From Rebecca billardiae RCC1528 (Eukaryota; Protista; Haptophyta): 64,000 nt of DNA. The notes below the pieces were generated by a model. The model saw only the letters and a list, made by a program, of their open reading frames with translations, had not been told where the DNA came from and ran no database searches. Shown piece after piece: positions 1-12,800 of this stretch. The DNA lies in contig OZ251241.1 of assembly GCA_965240325.2 (NCBI GenBank), positions 806,001 to 870,000 on the forward strand, given 5' to 3'. A program made the position numbers and the translations under genes. Positions within the stretch are counted from its first letter, which is position 1; each line of letters starts with the position of its first letter.

Positions 1-2963
1 GTGCTGGTGGCGCTCGCGAAAGTCCTTGCGCGGAGGTGAGACGACTGCGGTGTGAGCTGGCGAAGCAAGGTTGAGGCTCCACACTGGCACACTGCCGAAC
101 AATGCCGGCAAGGCGGGTGCTTGCCTGCTTCCGGTCTTCGAGTTCGGGCGATGAGATTCTGCTTCGAGCAGAAATACTGCAGACTTATTATCATCATTGG
201 CGCTTGATGATCCGACCAGGAACCGCTCGGGAGGTCGCCGCTCGACTTGCCGAGCGAACATTCTTTACTCAATTCTGTATCAGTGCCGTAGACAAATAAT
301 GAGGCGCGGATATGAATTCCGCCTACCGCGCCCAATAACCGTGGAAAAGAAGCCTATGGGGGTACTGTTGCGACGGTCACTGGCAACGGTGACCTGCGCT
401 TCAAGGTGTTCGTGTCGGGCAACTCCCCTGGGGACGTGGACGGTGCGGCGACCCCACAGGGCGGGGCTGGGCGTCCGAACAGGAGCCGCGGCCCCGCCCC
501 CAGCGCACCGGCCCGCGGGCCGGCCCCGCCTCGCAAGGGGGGGGCAGCCACGCCAGTCTCTGGTGTGCCTGGTGCTGCGAAGAGGTCCAAGAGTTGGAAG
601 AAGAAGCACCGCGCGGACGGCTCGCTGAGGCCGGCTGCGGGTACGCGACGGGTCAATCGTGCTGGCAAGGCGCGTGCGGGCCCGACGCCGCAGCTCCCCG
701 ACTCTGGCCCCTTCCGCGAGCTTGTGCCTTCGGCATCGTCGGAGCCGTCGTCGCGGCCGTCCCGCATGTCTTCGGACAGCCCAGAGGCCGAGGGCGGCCA
801 TCGCCCTCAGGGTGATGGCGCCCCGGCTGCGGCGTCTGGGCATGCGGGCGCGGCGTCGGCGACGACCGACGAGGTCGTGGGCGCGCTCTTCGCGGGCCCA
901 CTCGCCCCGATGGGGCGTGAGGCCGCGCCTGGCCCTGCTCACAAGGTGTATGTGTTCGAGGCAGGCAAAGGCTCTGTGCCGCAACCGGGGTAGGTGGGCA
1001 GCCAGGGGCTGGCGGCAACCGAGAGGGGCCGCTTTCCCCCGCCCCCGCTGCTTGCGAAGGCGGCGGGGGTGCGCTGCTTGCCTCCGCGGGCGAGCAGCGC
1101 GCAGTTTACGCCGGGCATGTGGACCTGCCCACCCTTCATCTTCCAGTTCTTCCCTTCGGCTGGGGCTCGATCAGTCGACGCGGCGTCGCTCACAGCGCAG
1201 GCAGGTGTTTGGCGTGGCTGCACTCTCGAGGTGGCTGGGATACAACATCCAGGTGCAGCACCCTCCCCGTGTGGTGTCAGAGCGCGCTCTCGAGCGCGTG
1301 CCTCCGAGCGCGGGGCGGCCGCTTGCTGCAATGGCCGCCTCGATGAGGTGCGGCAACGCGCCCCTCACCTGCCTGCGCCGGTCTGTTTTGTGGCGGTGTC
1401 TTTGTGCAGTGTTGGATGGCGTTAATCACGCCTTAACCAAGTGTGCACGTTAAATCATAGTAATAAACTGTATATCGGACCCGGGATGCCTGGACCACTG
1501 GCCGAGTGGCCGGGACATCGGCCGGTCGTCGTTCCTCTTCGCAGCGCGCAGTCGAGAAACGCCTGGAGCGCAAGGCAGCGCGCCTGACATCTACCGCTGC
1601 ACCTGCGCCAGCCCTTGCTGCTGCCCCCCACGCAGACCGACACTCGCCTGAAGGAGTGAAGTCGGGTGGTCAGACTTGGGCGACAGCGAAGCGTTCCCCG
1701 CCGGCCGCAGCAGCGCATGCCGCCGCCAGCCAGCCAAATACCGCGCGACAAGCGCGCGCGCGGTCGAGCAGGGCACATGGGGACGGCTGGACGAGCTAGC
1801 TAAGAGCCCAAGACGGCCATCAGTCAGACATATCCTGAGTCCTGCTGCACGCTCGCGGCCTCGCCTAGGGATTGGGCACTGCAGGGACTCCACTTTGCGA
1901 GCTGCGCAGGGCAGGTGGACCGCTCATGCGACTCGGTCGCGGATCGGGTCGCGCTCTGCCACCAACCTCGGCTTGTCGACGATCGAGCACTGCCGCCGAT
2001 GAATTAGGACACCCGCGCTTTGGCATTGACTACTATGCCTGTCTCGGCGGCGGCGCTGTTGTAGACAGACTGACAGTGACTAGTGCTCGGCGGCTGCTCA
2101 CGGCATTGGCGCACGCGTTTGGGCAGGTGCGCAGCGCCCTTCTGCGCCGTCCTGCGCCGCGAGACTTGCGTCTGCGCACCTTCTCCGCGCATTGAGCCCG
2201 CACGTACCGACGTACGTGTGCACCGCAGCCTCTCCTTGTTCATTTACTTCACGGCCGCGCCTTGGCAAGTAATCACGGTCCAGTCCACAGGGGGCGGGGG
2301 AAGTACGCGCTCGCGCTGTGAGCGCGCAACCCGAGGCGCGCATCGGCATCCCAGTGGAGTCTGAGCCATGGTACGGATATATGTATACAGACTTACAATG
2401 TTGAATCATTCATTGTAACGTGCACTCCGATCGGAGTCCGGGCACTATCAGTATCAGGCCGCGAAGACAATCTCAGTCCGGAGTCTCATGAACAGGAGTG
2501 GACTCGCGCAGTATGGCGCCCCGTACGACTTCATTCATGCGCATGCGTGCATCTGCTCTGCCTCGGCAGGCCGAATGCGCTCATTTCTCTCGGGCTATGC
2601 CCTTTTGTGCCGACCAGCCGCCGACTCCGGCCTGGCGCAAGCTCGCGCTCGCGCGGGCCGCTCCAGCTGACCTACGACGTGCGAGCAGGGCGCCACGCGC
2701 TGCGCCACGCGCAAGCTAGTCCTGGAGGCCCCCGCCTCGCCTACCACCCCGCTGGGCCCCATCGGAGCTCTTCTCGTCCTCGCGGCGGCAGGAGAGGCGG
2801 GCCCGGGCGGAGTTGACAGCAGCCGCGGCGTGTGGCCCCGCGGCCCGCCCACGGTGTCCGACCGGTGGAGTCTGCACGGAGCACGTGCAGGATCCGGGGT
2901 TGGCGCTCCGGGAAGGCGTTGGCTCCGGTCCGAGGTTCCTATCGTGTTTCCGCGTGGCCAGCA

Positions 2964-3562
2964 ATGCTGGACATCGAGCTTCTGCGAGCGGACCACGGCG
3001 GCGATCCAGAGCGCGTGCGCGAGTCGCAGCGTCGACGGTATGCGGATGTCTCCCTCGTTGACAAGGTGATTGCGCTCGACGAGCAGTGGCGCCAGTGTAC
3101 GCGCTCCCGCCCCCGCGCGTGCCTTGGAGCGGCCGTGCGCACGCGCGCGCTGCGGATTCGCGCTTGTGAAACGCTCAGGCCTGCGTCATCGTTGCGCGTG
3201 CGCGCGCGACGGCCGACCTCTCTGCCGTGCTTGCAGGCCGCGGTGCCCTGGATATTGCGCGTCGCGAGCTCAACAAGACGCAGGAGCGCATGAAGCCCTT
3301 TTACAAGGAGAAGAAGCCGGTGCCGGACGAGCTGACGCGCGAGAAGAGCGCGTGCGATGCCAAGATCGAGGAGCTGAACGCGAAGGAGACCGCGCTCATC
3401 GACGAGCGCGACAAGTCGCTCGTGCTTATCGGCAACATCGTCGACGACACGGTCCACGTCTCGGACGACGAGGATCACAACCCGGTCGTGCGCACGAACG
3501 GCGAATTCTCGCACGAGCCGTGGATGCTCTCACACGTCGACCTCACACACGTGCGCTGCGCA

Positions 3563-3602
<40 letters not shown>

Positions 3603-5874
3603 GGAGGGAGAGGGGCGGAGGGCGCGTGCTGGGCGTGGCTGTGCTTTGGTCGCGGCGGCTCGGCCGCTGGCGCTCGGCGTGCCTGACGCGCGTCGCGCGC
3701 CGCGCGCCGCCGCGCCGCCACGCCGCGCCGCGCGCAGATGGCCGGCATGGCAAACACGGAGAAGGGCTCGCAGGTGGCGGGCAGCCGCGGCTACTTCCTC
3801 ACCGGGCCGGGCGTGCTGCTCAACCAGGCGCTGATCCAGTACGGGATCCACTTCCTCAAGGAGCGCGGGTACACCGCGATGCAGACGCCCTACTTCATGA
3901 AGCAGTCGATCATGGGCAAGGTCGCGCAGCTCGCGCAGTTCGACGAGGAGCTGTACAAGGTGACGGGCGAGGGCGACGACAAGTACCTGGTCGCCACGTC
4001 CGAGCAGCCCATCTGCGCGTTCCACCTCGGCGAGTGGGTCGACCCGAAGGAGCTGCCGATGCGCTTCGCCGGCATGTCGAGCTGCTTCCGCAAGGAGGCG
4101 GGCTCGCACGGGCGCGACCAGCTCGGCATCTTCCGAGTGCACCAGTTCGAGAAGATCGAGCAGGTGCGGCACGCGGCGCGGGCAGCCCGCGCCGGCACGG
4201 CCGCGCGCGCGCGCGCCGCGCCGCGCACGCCGATGGCCGCGCGGAGGCCCACGCGCTGTTCCGCGTCGCGCGCCGCGCCGTGCCGCGTGCCGCAGTTCGT
4301 CGTGACGTCGCCCGAGGGCCGCGCCTCGTGGGACGAGCACGAGAAGATGATCGCCAACTCCGAGGCCTTCTACAAGTCGCTTGGTGCGCGCAGGCGCGGG
4401 CCGCTGCGCATGCCGCGCGCGCCGCGCTGCTCCTCCGCGCGCCGCGCCGCGCCGCGCCGCGCCGCGCCGCGCGAGTGCTCATCCATCCGCCGCCCTGCGC
4501 GCGCAGGCATCCCGTACCGCGTGGTCAACATTGTGTCGGGCGCGCTGAACGACGCGGCGGCGAAGAAGTACGACCTCGAGGCGTGGTTCCCCGGCTCGAA
4601 GGCGCACCGCGAGCTCGTCTCGTGCTCCAACTGCACCGACTACCAGGCGCGCCGGCTCGGCTGCCGGTACGGGATCGGCAAGAAGACCGCCGACGCGAAG
4701 AAGGAATACTGCCACATGCTCAACTCGACGCTGACGGCGACCGAGCGCACGATCTGCTGCATCGTCGAGAACTACCAGGAGCCCACCGGCATCCGCGTGC
4801 CGGACGTGCTCGTGCCTTTCATGAACGGTGCGCCGCCTGCCCTCGGCCTGCTGCGCGCGGCCCCACCCGCCACCGTGGGGCCGCGCCGTGCGCTCGTCGC
4901 CAGACTCCGCCTCGCGCTCACGCGCCCGCACCGTGCGCACCGCGCCGTGCGCTCCGCGCCGTGCGCTCCGCGCAGGCATGACCTTCATCCCGTATAAGCT
5001 CCCGTTCCCGGGCAAGGTGAAGAAGGGGGAGCAGATCCGGCACCACGTGCCGACGGAGGAGGAGCTGCGCGAGCGCATGCAGGGCCCGCTCGCGGTCGGC
5101 GAGTACCTGGCCAAGCACGGCGTGGCAGAGGCGCTCACCCGCGCCATCAACGAGGTGGCGTCCAAGCGGCCAGACAAGCCCCTTGAGGCCATTGCGCACG
5201 CGCTGCTCAGTGGTGGCGCGGGCGCTTCCAGCGCAGCCCAGTCGGGCGGCGAGCTCTCTGAGGACGCGCTGATGAAGATGAGCGTGGTCGAGCGCGCGGA
5301 GTACGAGCGCAAGCGCGTCAAGAAGGGCGGCGGCGGCCTCGAATTCCACCCAGACGAGGTGGCCGAGGACGGCGGCGACGCGACGCTCGACGACTTCTTC
5401 GGCGCGCTCGGCGTGGAGGGCGGCGACGGGCCGATCGCAGATTCGGACGAGGAGGCTGACACGTCTAAGGCGGGCGGCGAGCTCTCTGAGGACGCGCTGA
5501 TGAAGATGAGCGTGGTCGAACGCGCGGAGTACGAGCGCAAGCGCGTCAAGAAGGGCGGCGGCGGCCTCGAATTCCACCCAGACGAAGTGGCCGAGGACGG
5601 CGGCGACGCGACGCTCGACGACTTCTTCGGCGCGCTCGGCGTGGAGGGCGGCGACGGGCCGATCGCAGATTCGGACGAGGAGGCTGACACGTCTAAGGCG
5701 GGCGGCGAGCTCTCTGAGGACGCGCTGATGAAGATGAGCGTGGTCGAGCGCGCGGAGTACGAGCGCAAGCGCGTCAAGAAGGGCGGCGGCGGCCTCGAAT
5801 TCCACCCAGACGAAGTGGCCGAGGACGGCGGCGACGCGACGCTCGACGACTTCCTTGGAGCACTTGGTGTGTGA
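2964..5874 (+). CDS. SARS1: Cytosolic seryl-tRNA synthetase, 6 exons (2964-3096, 3237-3550, 3738-4163, 4296-4383, 4507-4827, 4976-5874), with Dpy-30-like and 76-aa repeat C-terminal extension
   Basis: MLDIELLR N-terminus, coiled-coil arm, class II motifs [57 protein letters not shown]; GT-AG introns join the frames. Confidence 0.96.
3572..3597. repeat. (GA)n microsatellite in SerRS intron 2
   Basis: About 13 GA units read directly. Confidence 0.9.
5245..5871 (+). repeat. Coding tandem repeat, 228-bp unit (76 aa) x about 2.75, near-identical
   Basis: GAGCTCTCTGAGGAC recurs at 5251, 5479 and 5707. Confidence 0.97.
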
Positions 5875-6221
5875 CCGTTGTAACCCACAGATACGTGGGA
5901 GCCGCAGTGTCCATGCCATGGCCCGTGACGGCTTGTCCAGGATACCGGTCAAGTCTGGTCTATCAGGGCTCACGTCTCACGTGACGTTTGCCACCCGGTC
6001 CGCGGTCGGCGCCGCTCGGCGCGGGTGTCGCGGCTCGGGCCGGTGGCGTCCGAGCGGCCGAGCCGTCCGACCGTCCGTCCAGTCAGTGCCACTCACTACT
6101 CTCAGTCTGGCATCGCCGCATCGCGCTTCGCGGAGGCGCGGGGCCCGGGGGCCGGACCGAGGGCGAGCGCCGAGTGGCGGTCCACGCGCGGTCCCCGGAG
6201 CCGGGGCGTGCCCTGGCATTA

Positions 6222-8027
6222 TAGGGGGTCCACGCCGCGGAATTAAAAATCGAAAATCGACTGACCGATTTCGCGGTGACCATTTCCGAACATTGTTGCC
6301 TCGAATTGCGGCAGCACCGGCCGCGGCCGTTCAGAGCACGGTCGAGCCCGAGATCGGGCGAGTAGCACGCCTGGGCGGTGGACTTCATCGTCGCGTCGGC
6401 GCGGCGGAGCGCGCTCTGGCGTCAGAGGCGCGCGGGCGGGCGAGTCAGGGTGGCCACCATGACAGCGGCCGACCAAATGATCGCTGGCAGCTCGCTCTCA
6501 CCGGACATCTTGAACCTCACAGCCCCGCTCTGCGCGCCGTTCGAACTCTCATCCGGATGAGCGCGGACAACGCAGCCCCGGTTTCAGGTGAAGCGTGCAC
6601 GCTGCGCGCTGGTTTACACCTGGTTTAGCTTGTCCATGATGAGCATGAATGACCCCCCGGCGCTCGGCCTGGTGCGTGCAGTGCTCACCTCCCCACGCGC
6701 TGCGCATGCACTCGCGCGATCGCTGGCCGCTCGTTCGCAAACGGGAGTGCGCGGCAGTCGTGGGTGGTAAGCAAGCTCGGCGACCCTGTGTACGTGCGGG
6801 GCCTGTCTTCCAGCTCACAGTAGTACCGCCAGAAGCTCCAGCCGGCACGCGTCGGCTTGTTTGTTGTGCCACTTGGCGTGCCGCTTGGCTGCATGCAGCA
6901 GCCGAGCTGCCCTGAGGCGAAGAGCGTGCACCTTGTCACCAACGTCAAGCTTGCTGCGGAGCAGACGCGCGCCGCCAAGCTCCGCTATGGCCGATGCCAC
7001 GTCTGTGCACCGTGCCTTCGTCTCGGGAGTGCCGGCGCCACTGTTGGCGGCCGTCTTGGAGCAGCGCACGGACTGCATGGTGCTTGATGCAGGCGTGCGC
7101 GCTGGGTCCGGCAGCAGAGGCAGAGAGCTCAACGCTCGCCACCGAGCAGCTCGCAGAGTCAGAGGTAAGCTGGAGCAGCCTCGACTGCAAGCGCTGTAGC
7201 CGCAGCAGAGGTGGACCGGCGGCGGCCTCGCGTGGGCTGGGGTACGACGAACGGCGACGGTGCCGGTGACACCTGAGTACGGGCAAGGAAGCCGCCCGGC
7301 ACATGGCGAGCTAGTCTGCGCACGCCAGCCTCGACGGCGGAGAGGACTCTCATGCCGGGATGGTGGCGGCATGTTCAGTGGCGGAGTTGGCCGTGTGCCG
7401 CAGCACGAGCAGCCCGCCACCGGCATCAGGCCCGCGTTCGCGGGCCGGCACTCACTGATGTGCTGAGTCCAGTGGCATGAGCCGTCTCGGCGCCGCCGTA
7501 CTCCGTATTCGGATGACCCAGCAAGTAGTGAGCAAGGTACCCATGTATAGGCACTCACTTGAATACATATGGCAAAATTAACCACATTATATATATAGTG
7601 GGTAACATGGCGCTTATATACGGGTACATTCCCATAATTAAATGGGTAATGTGCTCGATCTTGGAGTAGTTTTTCATGGACGTCTACGCGCACAGCATTG
7701 CGCCCCACTTTTTCGGTATTTTCACCATAAAATCCTTTGGAGAGAGGGCAGCGCTTGTCAATAAGTAAGTCTGACCGCGTATCGTCATCTAGCTGCCATG
7801 ACAAGTAGGTAACATTCGGCTGAATCTCTATGTGACACAGCGGGCGCCGCTGCGTGCGCGCGCGACCGCGCGACGACACGCGGAGTCGGTTTTTAGTGCT
7901 TCTGGCGGCTGGGCTGGGCTCTGGGACATATTTGAGGGTGAATCCGCAAGCGTCACGCTCATCAGACGCCTACATGGCATGGTTGTCAAATATCACCAAT
8001 CGGTGGGCTGCTGGCTTGGACCCCCTA
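6222..8027 (-). mobile_element. Non-autonomous TIR DNA element, TAGGGGGTCC family copy 1
   Basis: 11-bp TIR TAGGGGGTCCA...TGGACCCCCTA; internal blocks (e.g. TGAATCTCTATGTGACAC, ACGCGGAGTCGGTTTT) match 61930-63722 and, in part, 49281-51257 in opposite orientation; no exact TSD. Confidence 0.8.
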
Positions 8028-8387
8028 CAGTGGCAACGGCCTGACGCGAGGCGGCCGCTTCCCAGGACGTCGCGGTACTCACTACTCAGGCAACTTATAC
8101 TTTATACTTAATAGTGCGGCTTATTTACTCGTCATACGCCGTATATTGCCTGGTCACTCTTGAGCAGCCTACCAGTACTGAGCCCTATACTTACTTAGTA
8201 CTAGTAGTACTACTCTTCGGACTCAGTAGTCAGTTACACACTCACCCCGGGGCCGGGCCGCGTCCGAGACCGTCTGCGGTCTGAGTCCGGGCCCGGAGCA
8301 GTACCGCGTCTGCCATGATACTCTCGGGCCCGTCCCGACGGGCGCCCGAGACTCAGCTACGAGAGCCGGGAGAGTATCAATTATATC

Positions 8388-8433
8388 ATGCAGATTACCG
8401 TGCGGCCCGTGAGGGCCGCACGGTAATCTGCAT
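8388..8433. repeat. Perfect 21-bp inverted repeat with GTGA loop
   Basis: ATGCAGATTACCGTGCGGCCC-GTGA-GGGCCGCACGGTAATCTGCAT. Confidence 0.95.
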
Positions 8434-8870
8434 TAACCGATTAGTTATTCCGGGCCCGCGGCATTATTCCCGGGCCGTACCGCACAGGCGCACACAGGGC
8501 GGCATCTGTCTGTCAGAGTCGCACGGGTAACGACTCGCAGTCGACGACAGGACGTCGTAAACAGCGCAGTCATGAGTCATGACTGTCCGGTCGGACACTG
8601 ACAGGCTGCGCCGGTGTCCCGTCGGCGTCATCCCGCGTGTCCGCCGACGGTTACGGGGCCAGAGTTCATTCAGACCGTGCACGGTGCAGCGTGCTCGGAC
8701 GTTCCGCGGTGCTGTGTCCTCGGCCACCAGCGACTCGTCTTTTCCCTGCAGGCCCGCACAACGCTGCGTATGCGTTGTGGACCCGTGCAGGATGTAGCAC
8801 AGCCACTGCCGCGCCACGCGGCAGTCGGCCAGACAACTGTGTGCACAGCAACGCTGACTCAGCAGTCAGC

Positions 8871-9577
8871 TTACACCTCATCGTCATCGAAGTCGTCGTA
8901 CAGCGGGTTGGCGCCCTTCTTCTTCATCAGGCGGTAGAACTCGTCCATGTTGATCTCGCCATCGCCATCGCGGTCGGCGCAGTCGATCATGTCCTGCAGC
9001 TCCTCATCTGCGCGCGCGCGCGCAGGCCACGCACGCAGGCATGAGGACAGGCACCGCCTGCCGGTGGCGGCGGACGCTTGCGCAAGGCTCGCACCAGTCA
9101 TGTTTTCGCCAAGCTCCTTGGCGACGCGGCGGAGGTTGTGGATGGAGATCTTCCCAGTGTTATCGTTGTCGTACAGCTTGAACACCTTGTCGATCTCCTC
9201 GCGTGTGTCCTTCTCACTCATCTTGCCCTGCATCATCTCAAGGAACTCGTTGAAGTCGACTGCACCTGAGCCGTCGTTGTCGACGTCCAGGATCATCTTG
9301 CGGATCTCCTCCTTCTTGACCTGGAAACCCAGTGCGCGCATGGCCGCCTTCAGCTCCCGGTAGTCGATGGTCCCTGCGCGTTTGGCATGCGCGCCGCGAC
9401 CCCGTCAGCAGACGGCTGCGCAGCGCTCGCGCCACACGGCCGCATGCGGGGCCCACCTGAGTGGTCGGCGTCGAAAAGGTTGAACGCCTCCCGAATCTCC
9501 TCGACCTGCTCATCCGTCAGCCCGACCTTCTTACGCGCACCGCCCCGCGCGCCAGCCCGGGCAGAGTAGCGGCTCAT
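8871..9577 (-). CDS. CETN: Centrin/caltractin, 3 exons (9577-9457, 9373-9095, 9007-8871)
   Basis: [38 protein letters not shown], four EF-hands, [14 protein letters not shown]. Confidence 0.95.
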
Positions 9578-9870
9578 GGTTCCTGCTGCTCGCTGGCCCA
9601 GGCCCCGAAGCTCGCTCGTTCGGCGGCCTCGGGCGGCACGCACACCGGTCGATCACAGCCGGCATGATGGAGCACTTGAAATAGCGTAGGGCTGACGCTG
9701 ACTGACCATCTGGCTCAAACTTCAAAGTGGATAAACAACATATGCAGCAACAATCGCGCCTATTCATCAACCTGATACTCAGCTGTCCTTTGAGCCCCGC
9801 CGCTCGCCAGATCTTGGCCGGACGCTTTTCGGTCCGGTTGCCTCAGCTGGCGCAGGCCTGAAACGTCCAA

Positions 9871-12800
9871 ATGGCCGGTTTCAAACCAAAAACAAGCAGC
9901 AGCAGGACGGTAGCTCTGCAGCAGCAAGCACGGCAGCAGCATTCCTCCGAGCATCGCCGGAACGAGTGGGGCTCGCGCCGCCTCTCGCCTGCCTGCGCGG
10001 GTATCAGGGGCGCCGTCGGGGTCGCAGACATGTCTCCGGGCTGCGGTGAGGAGGCGCGTGGCCACCAACCCGGCCACAAGCTCTACAACATCACCGTGGA
10101 CGGCCGCCCGCGCAAGTTCACGCTGTACGTGCCGAGCACGTACGGCAGCGGCACCAAGTCGGTGCCGCTCGTGCTGGGCCTGCCCGGGACCTCGGACACG
10201 GCGGGCTGGTTCGAGATGTACTCGAATATCACGCACGTTGCGGATGAGTATGGCTTCGCCGTCGCCATCATGCGTGGCGAGAACGCCGAGTTCAACGTGC
10301 TCCGTGACTGCGCCACCCGCCCGCCGCCCGCAGCGGACGACGTCAAGTACGTGAGCGAAAGCCTCGACCTGATTGCCGAGAAGCTGTGCATCGACGCGAA
10401 CCGCATCCATGCGCTCGGCATGTCAGGCGGCGCCCGCTTCGCCAGCTGCCTCGCCGCGAACCTCTCCGACCGCATCGCCTCGATCGCGGCGGTCGCGGGC
10501 GTGCGCTACCCGCGGCCCAACCCGGCCAAGCGGCCCGTGCCCGTCCTGGCCGTGCACGGCACGCACGACGACGTCAACCCGTTCGGCGGCGGCGGCAACG
10601 ACGACCTCTGGGGCACGGGCGTCCTCGACGCCGTCGACGGCTGGGCTGACTTCAACGGCTGCACGCAGCTGAGCAGCACGCGCGTCCGGCTGCGCGGCGT
10701 GCTGAGCGACGACGATCTGCACAGCCCGTCGCACCGCGAGGACAAGATGATGCACCACGCCATGGTGGCGCACAACGGCTCGAACGTCAACCTGACCGCG
10801 CACACGGGGTGCCGCGCGGACGCCGACGTGCTGCTCTACTCCGTCGAGGGGCTCAAGCACCACTGGCCGGAGGCCATCGACGGCGAGCGCGTCGCCGGCT
10901 CGCACCGGCCGTGGGCCGCGGACGCAGACACGACCGTGCTCGCCGTGCGCTTCTTTGACGCGCACCCGCTCAAGTGGGCGGGCGCCGAGGACGGCGGAGG
11001 CGGCGCTGGGCGCGGTGGCGGTGCCGTGGTGCTCGTGCTCACGAGCGTCCTCCTCTCCGTGTGCCTGCTCATCTGCCTGCTGCTGCTCTGCCTGCTGCTG
11101 CTGCGCCGCCGCCGCGGCAAGGCCGTCTCCGCCTCGCCCGCTGAGGAGGCCGAAGCCACCGGCAAGTCGGCGACGAAGGGCTCGTCCAAGCCGCGCAAGG
11201 GCTCGTTGTCCAAGGGGTACGCGCCGCTCGACGAGGAGGAGGGCGGCGCAGGCGGTGGCGCGCTCTCGGCATCCGCGTCGAAGCGCCGCAAGTCCGGCAC
11301 GGCCGCAGCCAACGGCCGAGGAGGTGCGGACAAGGCCGGCGGCGGCCGCGTGGCCGACAAGGCTCAGGACAAGGCCGTGGCTCAGGCGGCAGCGACGCGC
11401 TCGGCGCGCAAGGGCACGGCCGCCAACGGCGACGGCTACGCCAAGCTCGACGACGACGAGGGCGCGAGCGACGAGCCCGCGGACGCGGCGGCTTCGAAGC
11501 GCAGCTCATCGCCCTCACTCTCGGCAGCCACGAGCAGCTTGAGCGCAGGCGCCAAGACGGTGCGCGGCGCCTCACCCGCGGGGCAGCGCGGCGCGGCGCG
11601 TGACGCGGAGGCGGCGGCGGCGGCTGTGAACGCCGGTGGCACCAGGGCCAAGCCGGACGCCGACACCGACCTCGGCGGCGTCGGCGCAGCCGACGGAGGC
11701 AGCGACGAGGACGGTGACAAGGGCACCACGCGCAGCGCCGGACGCAGCCCCGCCAACCAGTCTGGCCGCGGTCCTGTCGCCAAGTCTGCGTCGACCGGAG
11801 CGCTCAAGGCGTTGGGCACGGCCGTCCGAGCGATGCGGCGCACGACCTCGTCGCCGACAGCGCCGCGCTCTCCCCGCTCGACGACGCCCCAGCCGATGCC
11901 GCCCAAGTCGCCGCGCTCGCCGGCGTTGTCACCGCGGCCGTCAGTGAGCGCCAAGGCGCCCACGCTCGTGCGCTCGTCGACGCCGCCGCCGCCGCGCGTC
12001 GCGTCCCGCCCGGTCGCACAGCGCGACGAGCTGCGCACCGCGGCGGCGGCGCCGACGCTCGGCGTGTCTCGAGCCGCACCGCCGCCGAAGCGGCTGCAGC
12101 AGCCGGGCAGCGAGGCGCGTGAGCTGAGGCCGCCGTACATTGCACAGTCGCGCTCGTCGCCACCGCTGAAGAGTGCGCAGCAGCAGAAGCCGCGCGCCGC
12201 GCGCGCCGCTGACGAGGGCCCCTCGAGCGCGAGTGCCGAGAGCGGCGACGCCGGTGGTGCGGGGCTGCGCAGGCCGCGCGCGCGCTCCTCGCCAAGCCCG
12301 GGCAGCGCGGCATCCTCTCCCACCAAGCCAGCGCCGCCGGCCAGGGCTGCGCCCACGAGTGCTAGCAGCACGCGCAAGCCCTCGAGCGCGTGCTCGCGCG
12401 TGTCCGCGGCCTCGCCGGGGGCGCGCGCAGCGCCAGCCGCCTCGCCCTCGGCGGCGCGCGGCGAGCAGCGGCGTGCGTCCGGCTCGTCCGCGCGGGCCAC
12501 GGCGGCGGAACCGCGCTCGCCGGCACGCTCGCCGGCGCGATCGCCGGCGCGATCGCCGGCGCGATCGCCGGCGCGATCGCCGGCGCGATCGCCGGCGCGA
12601 TCGCCGGCGCGATCGCCGGGCGGCAGTGGTAAGTCTTCGCGGCGCGCGAGCGCGGGCTCGAGCAGGAACGCGGCGGTGCAGGTGTCCGCGCGGCCGCCCG
12701 CAGAGGCGCCTCCGGCGGTGCGGAGTGGCACCGGCGGCGGGCGGCGCGGCTCGCAGGGCAGGGCAGCGCCGGCTCCCTCGACGCGCCGTGAGCTCGATCC

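Noticed and set aside
1-2400. Several 100-260 aa ORFs, possibly decayed retroelement or gene remnants
   Set aside because: No recognisable domain, interrupted frames, weak codon bias and no terminal repeats found
5245-5871. Repeat array as CRISPR-like
   Set aside because: Contiguous in-frame 228-bp units with no unique spacers, in a eukaryotic coding exon
6815-7879. 354-aa minus-strand ORF as a transposase or Fanzor/TnpB
   Set aside because: No DDE, RuvC or zinc-finger motifs, and the frame is not preserved in the other two copies
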